A stretch of 64,000 nt of DNA from assembly GCA_951406725.2 (NCBI GenBank), contig OX597828.1, forward strand, positions 34,100,001 through 34,164,000, given 5' to 3'. This DNA is from Octopus vulgaris. Its lineage: Eukaryota. A program made the position numbers and the translations under genes. Position 1 is the first letter of the stretch, and the number at the start of each line of letters is the position of its first letter. Positions 1 to 12,494 of this stretch are shown in pieces. A model generated the notes under the pieces. It was given only the letters and a program-made list of their open reading frames with translations, had not been told where the DNA came from and did no database searches.

Positions 1-19
1 ATACTAACTAAAGTGTTTT

Positions 20-295
20 ACATAACTTATACTTGACAGATATTTGTCCTCATCTTATTTGTTGTTAAGACACCGTTTCGGCTGATATACCCTCCAGCCT
101 TCATCAGGTGTCTTGGGGAAATTTCGAACCTGGGTTCTCATTCCTAAGGTTATTTTTTTCGATGTTATTATTATTATTATTATTCAGGTCACTGCCTGGA
201 ATCTTGGGGTTAGTAGCCTGCACTCTTAACCACTATGCCTGCCTGTCAAATGTAAATAATGTACATAATTTCTCATCTCTTAAATATAGAACCGT
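20..295 (-). mobile_element. Penelope-like terminal repeat (tRNA-like head, AAT tract, hammerhead motif, tail) with inverted tail fragment
   Basis: Homologous to copies at 3540-3975 and 12495-13101; CTGATGA...GAAA core on the minus strand at 67-114. Confidence 0.75.
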
Positions 296-458
296 AAAGT
301 GTTTTAGTTGTGACAGGACAATGATAGAAATTCTAACACTGTTGGTAGAATCAAATAATATTATCTTAGTAATTAATTAATAGTTAAACAGTATTAACTT
401 TATTGGTAACATATTAATATACAAATGAGAAACTTAGTATACTTTCATTTCAACTTAA

Positions 459-682
459 CCCTTTAGCATTTAAACCGGCCATATCCGGCCAAAAGTATTC
501 TGCCTGTTTTATGTTTAAACTGGCCAGATCTGGTCTCTCACACCAACCCTACAATATCATCTTAAAAATTAACAGCTACCTCATCAAAATCTCATAGCTA
601 CAAGATAATGCATGATTAGTTCAAAACAATGTGGATGAAAAAGGATTAATTTAGGCAGAATAATGTGAACACTTTTAAAGGG
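459..682 (+). mobile_element. piggyBac-type MITE
   Basis: TTAA target sites and CCCTTTA/TAAAGGG termini; second copy at 9092-9310. Confidence 0.8.
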
Positions 683-779
683 TTAATAGTCATATTTTGA
701 AAATTTGTATCCATTCACCATGAACTTTGAAAGATATAGAATTACATTTATCATATCTCTGTAACATTAATTAGCATGA

Positions 780-1406
780 CATGGCCAATGACAGTACAGC
801 CTGATTGGCACTCGTGCCAGTGGAATGTTAAAAGCACATCCGAGCATGGGGTGTAACCAACCCACTTATGAGTACCCCTCATTCATTGGACAATAAACTT
901 TGCTTGCATAGACGTATCGAGGCAAGTGAAATTAAATCAAAAATCACTGACATGGCCAATGACAGTACCAATGTGCTTTTAACGTTAAGAGCACATCCGA
1001 GCGTGATCGTTGCCAGGGCTACGGATTGGCTCCCGTGCTGGTGGCACATAAAAAGCACTGTTTGAGCATGACCATTGCCAGCATCACCTTACCAGCACAT
1101 GTCCCAGTGGCAGGTGAAAAACAACATTTGAATGTGGTCGCTGCCAGTGCCATCAAACTGGCTCCTGTGCAGGTAGCATGTAAAAAACACCTTTTGAGCA
1201 TGGTCGTTGCCAGAACCGCCCTCGGCTGGTGGCACGTAAAAGCACCCACTACACTCTCGGAGTGGTTGGCGTTAGGAAGGGCATCCAGCTGTAGAAACTT
1301 TGCCAGATCAGATTGAGCCTGGTGCAGCCTTCTGGTTCATCAGTCCTCAGTCAAACCGTCCAACCCACGCCAGCATGGAAAGCGGACGTTAAACGATGAT
1401 GATGAT
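780..1406 (+). mobile_element. RTE-LINE 3' UTR-type repeat with internal tandem units and (GAT)n tail; other copies at 5975-6260, 10460-10810, 16575-16792, 24290-24710, 26605-26828, 49275-49530
   Basis: Shared TTAGGAAGGGCATCCAGCTGTAGAAAC...GGACGTTAAAC(GAT)n; attached to an RTE ORF end at 30298-30700. Confidence 0.7.
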
Positions 1407-1549
1407 AACAGGTAACACAAATCCTAAAATAAACCAATCTTCATACAGCAAACATTACACAACTTGTCCTTTAATCAAAAAAAAAAAAAAAACCCCTAAA
1501 AAAAAAAAAAAAAGCAACATAGTAAAAGAAGTGAGATTTTATTCCTTAC

Positions 1550-1665
1550 GTTATGCTCTGATCATAATGTATCTTCATTAGACTAGATGTCTCCCATTCC
1601 ATTTGGTGTACAGCTCTTATAGCTTCAACTAATTTCTTCCGAGAACCGATCTGCTGAATACCAAT
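1550..1665 (-). CDS. ASZ1: ASZ1 exon 9, end of SAM (IGIQQIGSRKKLVEAIRAVHQMEWETSSLMKIHYDQSIT); gene continues beyond window start
   Basis: Manual translation; SAM C-terminal GI..G.RKKL motif; AACAG/GTAAGG boundaries. Confidence 0.9.
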
Positions 1666-2359
1666 CTGTTGAAATAAATGAATCAATAAAACCAAAGTTT
1701 ATTTCAGGGCTTGGTAATGTTAGAAAGAGGAAATGGAGCCAGTCTATCATATGAAATTTTTCATTTTTTACCTGTTTTCCATACATGCACAGTTCAGAAC
1801 ACTGGTTCCCAACCATTTTTCACTTATAGACTCATTTGATTCCTGTTTTATTTGGGTGGACCCTCAAAACTATTCTATGTTTTAAAACATCCTATTAGAT
1901 TTTTATGTGGAGGCACAGGCTAGGGTGTCGGACTCATGATTGTATGGTTGTGGTTTCGATTCCTGGACCGGGCAACGCGGTTGTGTTCTTGAGCAAAACA
2001 CTTAATTTCACATTGCTCCAGTCTGACCAGCTGGCCAAAATGAGTAATCCTGTGATGGACCAGCGTCCGGTCCAGGTGGAGAGTATATCCGCCACTGAAT
2101 CCGGGAAACTGGCCCTTATGAGCCTGGCATGGCTCAAGAAGGAAACACTTATTATTTTAATTATATTTTTATAATTAAACATTAGAAATTGTGTAAAAAA
2201 ATTGTTAAGCAATTTATTGCAAATAAATTTCAACAGCAAACTCTTATATGGTCCCTAAAGGGCAATTTGGACCCCACTTGAGAACCACTGGTTTAGATGA
2301 ATATGTTATTAGGGTAATACAGTTCTATATTTAAGAGATGAGGAATTACGTACATTATT

Positions 2360-2527
2360 AGGCGTAGGAGTGGCAGTGTGGAAAGTAGCTTGCTTCCCAA
2401 CCACATGGTTCCAGGTTCAGTCCCACTGCGTGGCACCTTGGGCAAGTGTCTTCTACTATAGCCTCGGGCCGACCAAAGCCTTGTGAATGGATTTGGTAGA
2501 CGGAAACTGAAAGAAGCCCATCGTATG

Positions 2528-2564
<37 letters not shown>

Positions 2565-2762
2565 ATATGTTTGTCCCCTTAACATTGCTTGACAACCGAT
2601 GCTGGTGTGTTTACGTCCCCGTAACTTAACGGTTCGGCAAAAGAGACCCATAGAATAAGTACTAGGCTTACAAAGAATAAGTATTGGGGTCGATTTGCTC
2701 AACTAAAGGCGGTGCTCCAGCATGGCCACAGTCACATGACTGAAACAAGTAAAAGAGTAAAA
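2360..2762 (+). mobile_element. Abundant tRNA-derived SINE with internal (TA/TG)n; other copies at 9770-10155, 15555-15950, 33340-33665, 35390-35768, 46975-47303, 53590-54230, 59445-60130
   Basis: A-box and B-box head, conserved body, TGACTGAAACAAGTAAAAGAG tail repeated throughout the window. Confidence 0.8.
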
Positions 2763-3358
2763 ACTGAATAACATCAGTTTAATGTCCACTTTTCCCAGTT
2801 TGCATGGGTCAGATGTATATCTGAGACAGATTTTCTACAGTCAGGTAACCTTCCTGTCAACATCTCTCACCTGTTTCAAAGTAATGGCAATCGTTTATAA
2901 CTATAATGCCATGTGAGGACAAAAACACACACACATGATGGGCTTCTTTCAGTTTCTACCAAATTGACTCATAAGGCTTTGGTCAGCTCAGGTCTATAGT
3001 AAAAAAAAACACTTCCCCAAGGTGCCTTGAAGTGGGAGTGAACTTGGAACCATGTGGTTGGGAAGCAAACTTCTTACCACAAAACCATGCCTGTGCCTTC
3101 TGCTTATGCCACGTAAAAAGCCCTGTTGACTCTGCAGGGTGGTTGGTGTTAGGAAGGGCATCCAGCTGTAAAAGCCATAGCAAAACAGACAGACAGAAGT
3201 CTGGTGCAGGCTCCTACCTGGCCAGCTCCAGTCAAACCATCCAACCCATGCCAGCATGGAAGGCAGACATTAAATGATGATGATGATGAAGATGATAGAA
3301 GAAAGGGTAGTGAAAGGATGAGAAGCGCTAAGACTCAAGGCCTTCTTTTGAAATTTAC

Positions 3359-3488
3359 CTTTTCCAGATCGTCTTCAGTAAGCGTTAATAACTGATTGAA
3401 GGTAATATTGTGTTCTTTGAAGTTTTCTATTGTTGACTGTAAATGAAGTCCGTAGAGAAACAGTTCTAACTGACTGTATGAACTTGAT
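3359..3488 (-). CDS. ASZ1: ASZ1 exon 8, SAM domain (SSSYSQLELFLYGLHLQSTIENFKEHNITFNQLLTLTEDDLEK)
   Basis: Manual translation; SAM motif resembling ASZ1 'DLEVFLHGLGL...ITLRHLLTM'; TTTCAG/GTAAAT. Confidence 0.92.
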
Positions 3489-3539
3489 CTGAAACAGAAA
3501 GAGAAACTCATCAGATTGGGTGAAAATGTGAAATGTAAT

Positions 3540-3802
3540 ACAGTTCTATATTCAAGAGATTATTTACATTTGATGGATATTTGTCTTCAACTTGTTTGTT
3601 GTTAACACAACCGTTTCGGCTAATATACCCTCCAGCCTTCATCAGGTGTCTTGGGGAAATTTCGAACCTGGGTTCTCATTCCTAAGGTATTTTTCGATAT
3701 AATTATTATTAACCACTATGCCATATGCCCATGGACATATGGCATAATGATTAAGAGCGCGGGCTACTAACCCCAAGATTCTGAGTTCAATTCCAGGCAG
3801 TG

Positions 3803-3833
<31 letters not shown>

Positions 3834-3975
3834 CATCGAGAAAAAACCTAAGGAATAAGAATACACGTTCGAAATTTCCCCAAGACACCCGATGAAGGTT
3901 GGAGGGTATATTAGCTGAAATGTGTTAACAATAAACAAGATGAGGACAAATATCCATCAAATGTAAATAATGTAA
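3540..3975. mobile_element. Head-to-head inverted pair of Penelope-like terminal repeats with two hammerhead motifs
   Basis: Arms 3560-3698 and about 3835-3970 are reverse complements; symmetry centre near 3730. Confidence 0.78.
3604..3652 (-). ncRNA. Minimal type I hammerhead ribozyme (best-preserved copy)
   Basis: GACAC-CUGAUGA-A-GGCUG(loop)UAGCC-GAAA-CGG-UU-GUGUU: helix I, core, helix II, minimal helix III, GUU triplet. Confidence 0.7.
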
Positions 3976-5245
3976 TAAGAGAATATGGAAACAAATACAT
4001 AAATAAAAAAAAAGATACTTCATTGATTCCATGGAAAATACAAATACAAAATAGAGCACCGGTTGTTGTTGTTCTTGTATAGCTCTGAAGGCAGTCCTGA
4101 TTGAATCGTGAGCACTGTCAGGACATCCACTTTTCCATGGGTCAGGTGCCATTTGATGAGGCAGGTTTTCTATGGCCAGATGACCTTTCTGTAGCAAAGC
4201 CTCACCTGTTTCCAAGCAAGGTAATATTCTTCCATACCTAAACATTTTCTTCACAAAGAGTCTGGAAATACTTGCTTGTATGACTATGATGATGATAATA
4301 ATCATTTGTAACCATCATGTGATGTCTAAACAGAGGTACAAACATACAAACACACACACACGGGCTTCTTTCAGTTTCCATGTACCAAATCCACTCACAG
4401 GGGTACTGCTGACCCACGACAACAGTAGAGGACACTTGCCCAGTGTCACGATCTAGACCAAATCCAAGACCATGTTTAGGAACCCAGCTTCATAACCACA
4501 CGACTATATCTGTGCAAAGATTTTATAAACAAAAGCTCTCCAGCCATGACACTCCTATCTTATTTCCAGCAACAGTGTTTACCTGATCATATTATCTATT
4601 ATGCCTTTCATTTATCAAAAGTGTGGCTTGAGTTTCAGTTCACGACTAAAGCCATCTGGATTTAGACATGTTCTCATAACGAGGCATGACAGCTGCAAGG
4701 TTAAGCTAATCTGCTCTGGCAACATACCAGCAGTTCAAACTTCACTTTAACAGAAATCAGAGAGAGTAAATTTAAAGAAGTTCCTACAGCGGTGCCACCC
4801 CACCACCACTGCTTAACGTCCATTTTCCATGCTGGTATGGGCTGGACAGTTTGACTGAGGTCTGGAGAACCAGAGGCTGCACCAAGCTCCAATCTGGTCT
4901 AGCAGAGTTTCTACAGCTGGATGCCCTTCCTAACACCGATTACCCCGAGAGTGTAGCAGGTGCTTTTTACGTTCCACTGGCACAGGAGCCAGTAAGGTGG
5001 GCCTGGCAACGATCACGTTCAGATGGTGCAAAAAAACCATCCCAGTTATCCTATCAAGAAAAGACACATATAAAAGTGCAATACAAATGTGTTCTTGTGT
5101 GTGTGGGGAGGGTTCTAAATACGTACACACTTTATAGCCACGTGCCTGTAAGGAAATGCACCTAACTACTAACTCGTTTTGATGTCCCAATGAAAACACA
5201 AGCCCAACATGACTTTGTTGTTGAGCATTTAGCAGTAGAAAATGT

Positions 5246-5531
5246 GGAAGCACTCCGTTGGTTATGACGACGAGGGTTCCGGTTGATCCAATCAACGGAA
5301 CAGCCTGCTCGTGAAATTAAATACAGGTACAACAGAAACAGGAAGTAAGAGTGAGAGAAAGTTGTGGTGAAAGAGTACAGCAGGGATCACCACCATCCCC
5401 TGCCAGAGCCTCGTGGAGCTTTTAGGTGTTTCCGCTCAATAAACACTCACAACGCCCGGTCTGGGAATCGAAACCACGATCCTACGACCGCGAGTCCGCT
5501 GCCCTAACCACTGGGCCATTGCGCCTCCACT
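5246..5531 (-). mobile_element. tRNA-derived SINE with 12-bp target site duplication; longer copy at 21803-22187
   Basis: TGGCCCAGTGG A-box and GGTTTCGATTCC B-box; AGTAGAAAATGT repeated at 5234-5245 and 5532-5543. Confidence 0.82.
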
Positions 5532-6570
5532 AGTAGAAAATGTAAGCAATGCTTCTCATGTTTCAGGACCATCATGGCACACAGTACCAGAATCGGGTTT
5601 TAAAAGCCATGTCAAAGTTGAAGAAAGCAAGTGAGGACTCTACATACCAGAGCGATCTCCAGTTGACTTCTATACAGACCCACTGAAGTATTTGAACTTG
5701 AGATAGGAAGTTAATGAAACGCCTATTCATTAGACTGTCAATGTCGTGTGTGGTTGCTCACTTTATCACAAAACTGAAGCCGAATGTCCTTCGAAACAAA
5801 CCATACCTTGTTAAAACAGGACACATTAGATAGTGTAGTCTTGGATACAGAATACTTGGAATAAGAAATGGTTGTTGCTGAAACACTTTCAATGACAGAT
5901 CTGCTTCAATCATAAATCTCCTCAATTAGAACAGAACTGAGGTCAAGCCACAACAGATACAGTACCCACACTCATCATCATTTAGCGTCCGCTTTCCATT
6001 CTGGCATGGGTTGGACAGTGCAACAGGGGTCTGGGAAGCCAGAAGGCTGCACTAGGCCCAGTCTGATCTGGCAATGTTTCTACGGCTGGATGCCCTTCCT
6101 AATGCCAACCACTCCATGAGTGTAATGGGTGCTTTTTACGTGCCAGACGAGGCTGGCAAACGGCCACGATCGGATGGTGCTTTTTACGTGCCTCCGGTAC
6201 GGAGGCCAGGTGAGGCTGGCAACGGCCACAATCAGATGGTGCTTTTTACGTGCCACCGGCACTATTTAATGTAAATGAAATAACCCCTTAAGGCACTTCT
6301 ATTATATGGAACATTTGTTTTTGTATCAGAAGAAAAGTCAACTGGACAAAACCCTCAACTGTCTCCACTTCCTCCAGTGATAAATCCCTTAGCCTGCAGC
6401 AGCTATTTATAGTTAAGTGGATTTGGCCATTTGGACGTGAAGTGTTTGGACTTTGGAGACTGTTGCATAGACTGCAATAAGATATCTACAACCAACATCT
6501 TGACCAGTAGTCCAATAGTTTTTCTACAATAGCAGGTTAAAAAAAAAAAAATCTGGTCCTATGAACTTAC

Positions 6571-6668
6571 CTGTTTGCTATACTTGTAATTTTATTGTCG
6601 TTCGTCTTCGCTGCAAGAGGTGTTTTTTCCCCTGTGTCTTTGTAGCTGTCATCAATGTAAGCAGCAAT
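6571..6668 (-). CDS. ASZ1: ASZ1 exon 7 linker (IAAYIDDSYKDTGEKTPLAAKTNDNKITSIANR)
   Basis: Poly-T CAG acceptor, GTAAGT donor, phase 0-2 links exons 6 and 8. Confidence 0.85.
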
Positions 6669-7295
6669 CTGATAGAAAAAAAAAAACCCAAAAAACATAT
6701 TACATCTTATAATATTGTAAGATGACAAGCTTGGCAATATCAGTAACATGCCAGACAAAAGGCTTGTATATATGTGTGTGTATATATATATCACTGTTTG
6801 CCATGATAGATTGGTAGCCACTACACATATTTTTCTCTCTCCTTGTTTCTTTCTCTGTTCCTTTCTGTGGAAGAGCATAGGCTCGAAATGTAAAAGACTT
6901 TTTCACTTCCTGAGCATTATACTAATACATCTGTTTGTTTTCTACACCACCAGTCTTCGTCTTTTGCTTTTTTTCATGAATTCTCCCTATATATATATAT
7001 ATAAAAACTGTACTGGGAGAAGAAGAAGAAACGAATCGAATCGATATATGTTTGTGTCTGTGTTTGTCCCCCACCCCAACATCGCTTGACAACCGATGCT
7101 GGTGTGTTTAAGGCCCTGTAACTTAGCAGTTCAGCAAAAGAGACTGATAGAATAAGTACTAGGCTTACAAAGAATAAACCCTGGGGTCGATTTGCTCGAC
7201 TAAAGGCAGTGCTCCATCATGGCTGCAGTCAAATGACTGAAACAAGTAAAAGAGTAATTCTTATACAAAATTACAACAGAAGTTATAATTAATTA

Positions 7296-7504
7296 ACTGT
7301 ATTTTCCAGTATACAAGTTGAATTTTTCAGACTAAAATTTAAAACCAAAAGAAAGGTAGGTCAACTTAGACATGAAGACAACTTTCAAGGACCAAAAATT
7401 CCATATGAAAATCAGAAGAATCTGGAAAGATAGTGACAATTCTTGAATGTTTACACTACACGTTTACATAATATACTTCAACTTGTAAGCTGGAAAATAT
7501 GGTA
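7296..7504. mobile_element. pogo/Tigger-like MITE (similar elements at 14900-15054, 25390-26093, 35866-36031)
   Basis: TATTTTCCAG..TACAAGTTGA inverted termini flanked by TA. Confidence 0.55.
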
Positions 7505-7746
7505 AATATGGAGATTTTGGAACCAGGAAAGTTATCTTAGACAGGTTTTGATATGAAAAAGGATAATTAAGAGATATGAAACCTCATCATCATTATTGTA
7601 TAAAGTCCGCTTGCCATGCTAGCATGGGCTGGACGATTTGACTGAGGTCTGGCGAACCAGATGGCTGCACCAGGCTCCAATCTGATCTGGCAGAGTTTCT
7701 ATAATTGATAAGTAAGGAAGGAAAAAAAAAAAAGGGGATGATTTAC

Positions 7747-7881
7747 CTCCTCAAATGATCGTAAATAAGCAATATCTGCAGCAGAATGTCTTCTGTGGTC
7801 TCTTAATTTTGTATCGGCACCAGTTTTCATAAGTTCTACAACAAGAGACATATGGCCACTGTTTGCAGCATGGAATAATGC
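7747..7881 (-). CDS. ASZ1: ASZ1 exon 6 (ALFHAANSGHMSLVVELMKTGADTKLRDHRRHSAADIAYLRSFEE)
   Basis: Ankyrin repeat; poly-T CAG acceptor, GTAAAT donor; 135 nt, phase 0-0. Confidence 0.93.
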
Positions 7882-8589
7882 CTGGAAATAAAAAAAAAAA
7901 AAAAAAAAAAAATCCAAAATAATAATTAAACCCCTGAGATGTCATACATGTTATTCATCATCGTTGTCGTTTAACATCCGCTTTCCATGCTGGCATGGAT
8001 TGGATGGTTTGACTGAGAGCTGACAAGCCAGAAGGCTGTACCAGGCTCCAATCTGATCTGGCAAGATTTCTACAGCTTGATGCCCATCCTAATACCAACC
8101 ACTCCAAGAATGTAGTGGGTGCTTTTTACATGCCACCAGTACGATGGCCAGTCAGACAGTACTGGCATTCACCATGCTCAAATGGTGCTTTTTACGTGCC
8201 ACTGGCACGGGAACTTGTTGGGTGGCACTGGCAATGACCACACTCGAATGGTGCTTTTTTAATGTTAATACAATTTTTTCAAGGCCAGTAATTTTGAGGG
8301 GACGGAACAAATCAATTATATCAACCCCAGTATTTGACTGGTATTTTAATTTTATCAATCCTGAAAGGATGAAAGCAAAGTTGTCCTAGGGAAAAGCAAA
8401 GGGGCCAATACAGCTGGGCACAAGTGACGTTACAACTGAGTGGACTGGAGCAAAGAGAAATAAAGAGTCTTACTCAAGAACACAACACACAGCCCAGTCC
8501 AGGAATCCAACCCACTAACTCCTCATGATTTTGAGTGTGACACTCTAACCACCAAGCCATGCGCCTTCACTTAAATTGCATACACTGGT

Positions 8590-8770
8590 TTCTTCTTCTT
8601 CTTGTCTTGAGACAGCATTCACCCGGGGTGGGTTGAGCTGGCTTCATTCATCCTCAATGCTGCGTCTCTCACAAACGCCGACCAGACCTGGCAATTTGTG
8701 GCTAACGACCGCGTGATTTCCAACCACTCCTTATTCCAGCGGTGAACACCATAGATATGGATGCCTAGGT
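8590..8770 (-). mobile_element. RTE-type LINE 3' end fragment
   Basis: W...W......LA.N..VWSAFVRDA...ASST.PG* followed by an (AAG)n tail. Confidence 0.55.
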
Positions 8771-9091
8771 TTAAACCATACACTGGTTTAAAAGTACTTG
8801 GAGTTGTTCTTGACATATACACAGTAAATACAAGACAGGATTCAAACTAAGCACCTACATTTCTAAACTAAGAACAGGTGTGCTTCAAATTACATTGCGA
8901 ATTGGTTGCAAGACATGTGATTTCACTCAAAAAATGACATAACATGGAAAAACATTTTAAAAACTTTATTAGCTTATATCTGCTTCTATAAATTGTTTGT
9001 ACAAATTTTCACAAGTCTTTATTTGATTTTCTACATTAGTATAGTTTTTAGGTGTTTTTTTATTTTTTTTAATTTTAATTTTATGCTTTAA

Positions 9092-9310
9092 CCCTTTAGT
9101 GTTCAGATTATTCTATCAAACATAATGCTTATTGATTCCCATTGATTTGAATTAATCATGCATTATCTCATATCTTCATGATCTTGATGGTGTAATTACT
9201 TAATGTAGAATAACATTGTAGGGTAGGTGTGAGAGCCTAGATCTGGTCAGTTTGAACATAAAACAGATTAGCTCTTTTGGCCGGATATGGCCGGTTTAAA
9301 TACTAAAGGG
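9092..9310 (-). mobile_element. piggyBac-type MITE, inverted relative to 459-682
   Basis: TTAA-CCCTTTAG...CTAAAGGG-TTAA. Confidence 0.8.
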
Positions 9311-9316
9311 TTAAAG

Positions 9317-9638
9317 CAGGGTTCTCAACCATCTTTTATCCATGGACCCCTTTGATTACCATTTCATTCTGATGGACCTCCATAACTATTTGATGTTTAA
9401 AACCTAGTTTTACAGAAACTTTTTTCAAAGTTCCTATTTTGTTTTTCAGACATTTAACTTGTGTAGGTTGAACAATGTAAAATGTTCAAGAAAGAAATCT
9501 GTTTCTTACAATATGTACCAATACAAATATCTAAAGCAAAATTTTTTTCAGTGGGCCCTTAAAATACTATTGTGGATCCCCATTTTATCATTTTGTTGGA
9601 CTCCCTAAAAATCTGATATGGGCCCCGGTTGAGAACCA
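9317..9638. mobile_element. hAT-like MITE
   Basis: CAGGGGTTCTCAACC...GGTTGAGAACC termini; relatives at about 1800-2290 and 45289-45480. Confidence 0.6.
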
Positions 9639-10186
9639 GTTTTCAAGTCAAAAAAGATGTAACTCCAAGTTGAGGTATGTCTGTATAACAATATTTTTAT
9701 CCCCTAGATTACACACACACAAGAAATAAAACAACAACTCAAGAAAATATAAAAACAAAAATTGATCACAGGTGCACACGTGGCTGTACAGTAAGAAACT
9801 TGCTTCCCAACCACCTGGTTCCCAGTTCAACTCCGCTGCGTAATACCTTGGACAAATGTCTTCTACTACGACCTTTAGTCAACCAAAGCCTGTGAGCGAA
9901 AAATGGTACGTGGAAACTGAAAGAATCCTGTCATATATATGTGTGTGTGTGTGTTTGTCCCTTACAACTGCTTGACAACCAGTGTTGGTTTGTTTTCATC
10001 CCTGTAACTCAGCAATTCAACAAGAAACTAAGAGAATAAGTACTAGGCTTTAATAAAAAAAAAATTACTGGGGTCAATTCATTTGACTAAAATTCTTCAA
10101 GGTGGTGCCCCAGCATGGCCACAGTCTGATGACTGAAACAAGTAGAAGATAAAAGATAGTTTGGAAATGGTAGTACTCATACTTAC

Positions 10187-10298
10187 AGACCATCCCTGAC
10201 TGTCTGTTACATTAGGGTCAGCATAAAAATCCAACAGCTTTATTAGAACTGAGAGGTGGCCCCTCTTGGCACTATACATCAATGGTGTTGTGTGATAT
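10187..10298 (-). CDS. ASZ1: ASZ1 exon 5 (YHTTPLMYSAKRGHLSVLIKLLDFYADPNVTDSQGWS)
   Basis: Ankyrin repeat; TGCAG/GTAAGT boundaries; phase 2-0. Confidence 0.93.
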
Positions 10299-10865
10299 CT
10301 GCAGAAGAAATTGTTACAACATAATCTGACAGTTAAACTGATACAGTAAACAAGAATCAAAACAAAAGTAAACAAGAGCACTCAGAGAGTGCAAACCTCT
10401 GCCAAGGCAACACCAATATTCTCTCAACAATTAGCCAGGGATGATTTTTAAAATGAGACCATCTGTTCGTGTCCGTTGCCAGCCTCGCCTGGCCCCCGTG
10501 CCGTTGGCACGTAAAACCACCATCCGCTCGTGTCCGTTGCCAGCCTCGCCTGGCCCCCGTGCCGGTAGCATGTAAAAGCACCATCCGTTCGTGTCCATTG
10601 CCAGCTCTGTCTGGCACCTGTGCAGGTGGCACATAAAAAGCACCCACTACACTCACGGAGTGGTTGGCGTTAGGAAGGGCATCCAGCCGTAGAAACACTG
10701 CCAAATCTGACTGGGCCTGATGCAGCCTTCCGGCTTCACAGACCCCAGTTAAACCGTCCAACCCATGCTAGCATGGAAAACGGACGCTAAATGATGATAA
10801 TGATGATGATGAATATCTGAAATAAATTCAGCTGCTCTCACAAACGAGAATACTAAAAATGAACC

Positions 10866-11105
10866 CATCATCATCATCATTGTTTGACCGTGGTCGAGAC
10901 AATGGAATTTACCATGCTATGCCAGACTTCACGGTCCATCATAGCATTACGGAGGTCCTGTTGCTGGATGCCTGTATCCCTGGAGATTACATCAGGGTAG
11001 GAGAGTGTGTGCCCTCTGGTATTGCGAGTAGATGGCTTCCAGAGGAGAAGAGTAGAAATTGCCTCGTTTTCAGCTCTACAACAATGTCCAGCAAACTGGA
11101 CTCTC
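10866..11105 (-). mobile_element. RTE/RTE-X LINE 3' end
   Basis: RRVQFAGHC.R...LLLW.P...Y.D...DTG....L..AM.DR.VW followed by a (TGA)n tail. Confidence 0.72.
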
Positions 11106-12494
11106 CTACCTTTTTTTTTTTTCTTTAATAAAAAAATGAACCCAACCACTCTCAAAAATTAAATAAAAAAACAGGAAAATAATCCAGAATCCTTGTTCGG
11201 TACCTGATCGGATCCAATTGTAGTCATGGAATGTGAAGGTGGCCATAGAAAACTTAGTAACAGTAATAAATAGTTTATCCTTATATAATAGAAGCCAAAG
11301 TTAACAAATTCACCATCCAAAATAGTTTCAAAGGCGGAGGTAATAAGTTCTACTCAGGAATTCTTAAATGAATAGCATGAGACCTTTTGGTTTTCTCTTC
11401 TCTTAAATTCCGGCCTTCCTTTAGTATTCCTGTTCTTTTAGATTGATGTATAGATGCATGTATATATATAAGTATACTGTAAAGTGTTTACATGTAAGTA
11501 TAATATATAATATATATATTATAAAAATATGTTAATGTTATTTGATTTGTGAATGGTTTTGCTGCCACTTGTTTATGTAGTTTGATTTCTTTATCCATCA
11601 GTTTCTACTAGGATAGAGACGCAAGTAAAATTAATAACAGAGAAACGAAAAGAAAACTTTTTTAAACAGCCTTAAAGGGAGATAACTGAGAAAGACTTGA
11701 AAGTCAACATAAGATCGTAATCATGTAAATATAACAAATAATCCAGAATCCTTGTCCAGTACCGGATCAAACCCAAAATCCAATCCATTCATGCCAAACA
11801 TTCCTAAGAGTTCCATCCGAATCCATCCAGCAGTTCTTGAGATATTTTGTTCACAGACAAACCAACTAACAAATGAACACGACTGAAAACAATACCACTG
11901 CCTTTAAGGCGGAGGTAACAAGAATCAAAACAAAGATCAAAGAAAAGAGAGAGAAGCATTTCGGTTGTTTTTTTTGGTTAAATATATATTTTATATTTAA
12001 CATATATATTAATATACAGCTAAATATATTTTTTTAGAAAAAATTATTTCATAATTGTATAATTTTCATAAAGTGTAAAATGACGTTTTGTCGTTGCTAA
12101 GCCCTAGCTCCTTGCTTTGCTTTGGGTCCTCAAATTCTAATGAAATTGTAGGAGAGCCATTGTGGCAGTGTGTCTTGTGTATCTAAACCTGGTGGAGTCT
12201 ATCCCTCTCCTTCTCAACACAAACATTCACCTTTCCATGCTTACATGGGTCAAATGGAATTTGCTTAGACAGATTTTCTAATAAGGCTGGATGATCTTCC
12301 TTTTGGTAACCTTCATCTAGACTTATTTTCGGCAGAAGACTGGAATCAAACAATTTTGCTCGCATGATAGTGATCCTCATTTACGAGACAAGGTGGGGTG
12401 GGGGGAGGCTACAGTTGAAGACACCTGTCCAAAGTACCAAGCAGTGGCTTCTTAATCACACAGCCACACCTGTACCTATAAACAAATTATATAG

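Noticed and set aside
10455-10640. Regularly spaced repeats of about 58 bp resembling a CRISPR array
   Set aside because: Whole units repeat with no unique spacers; they are internal tandems of a eukaryotic retroelement UTR.
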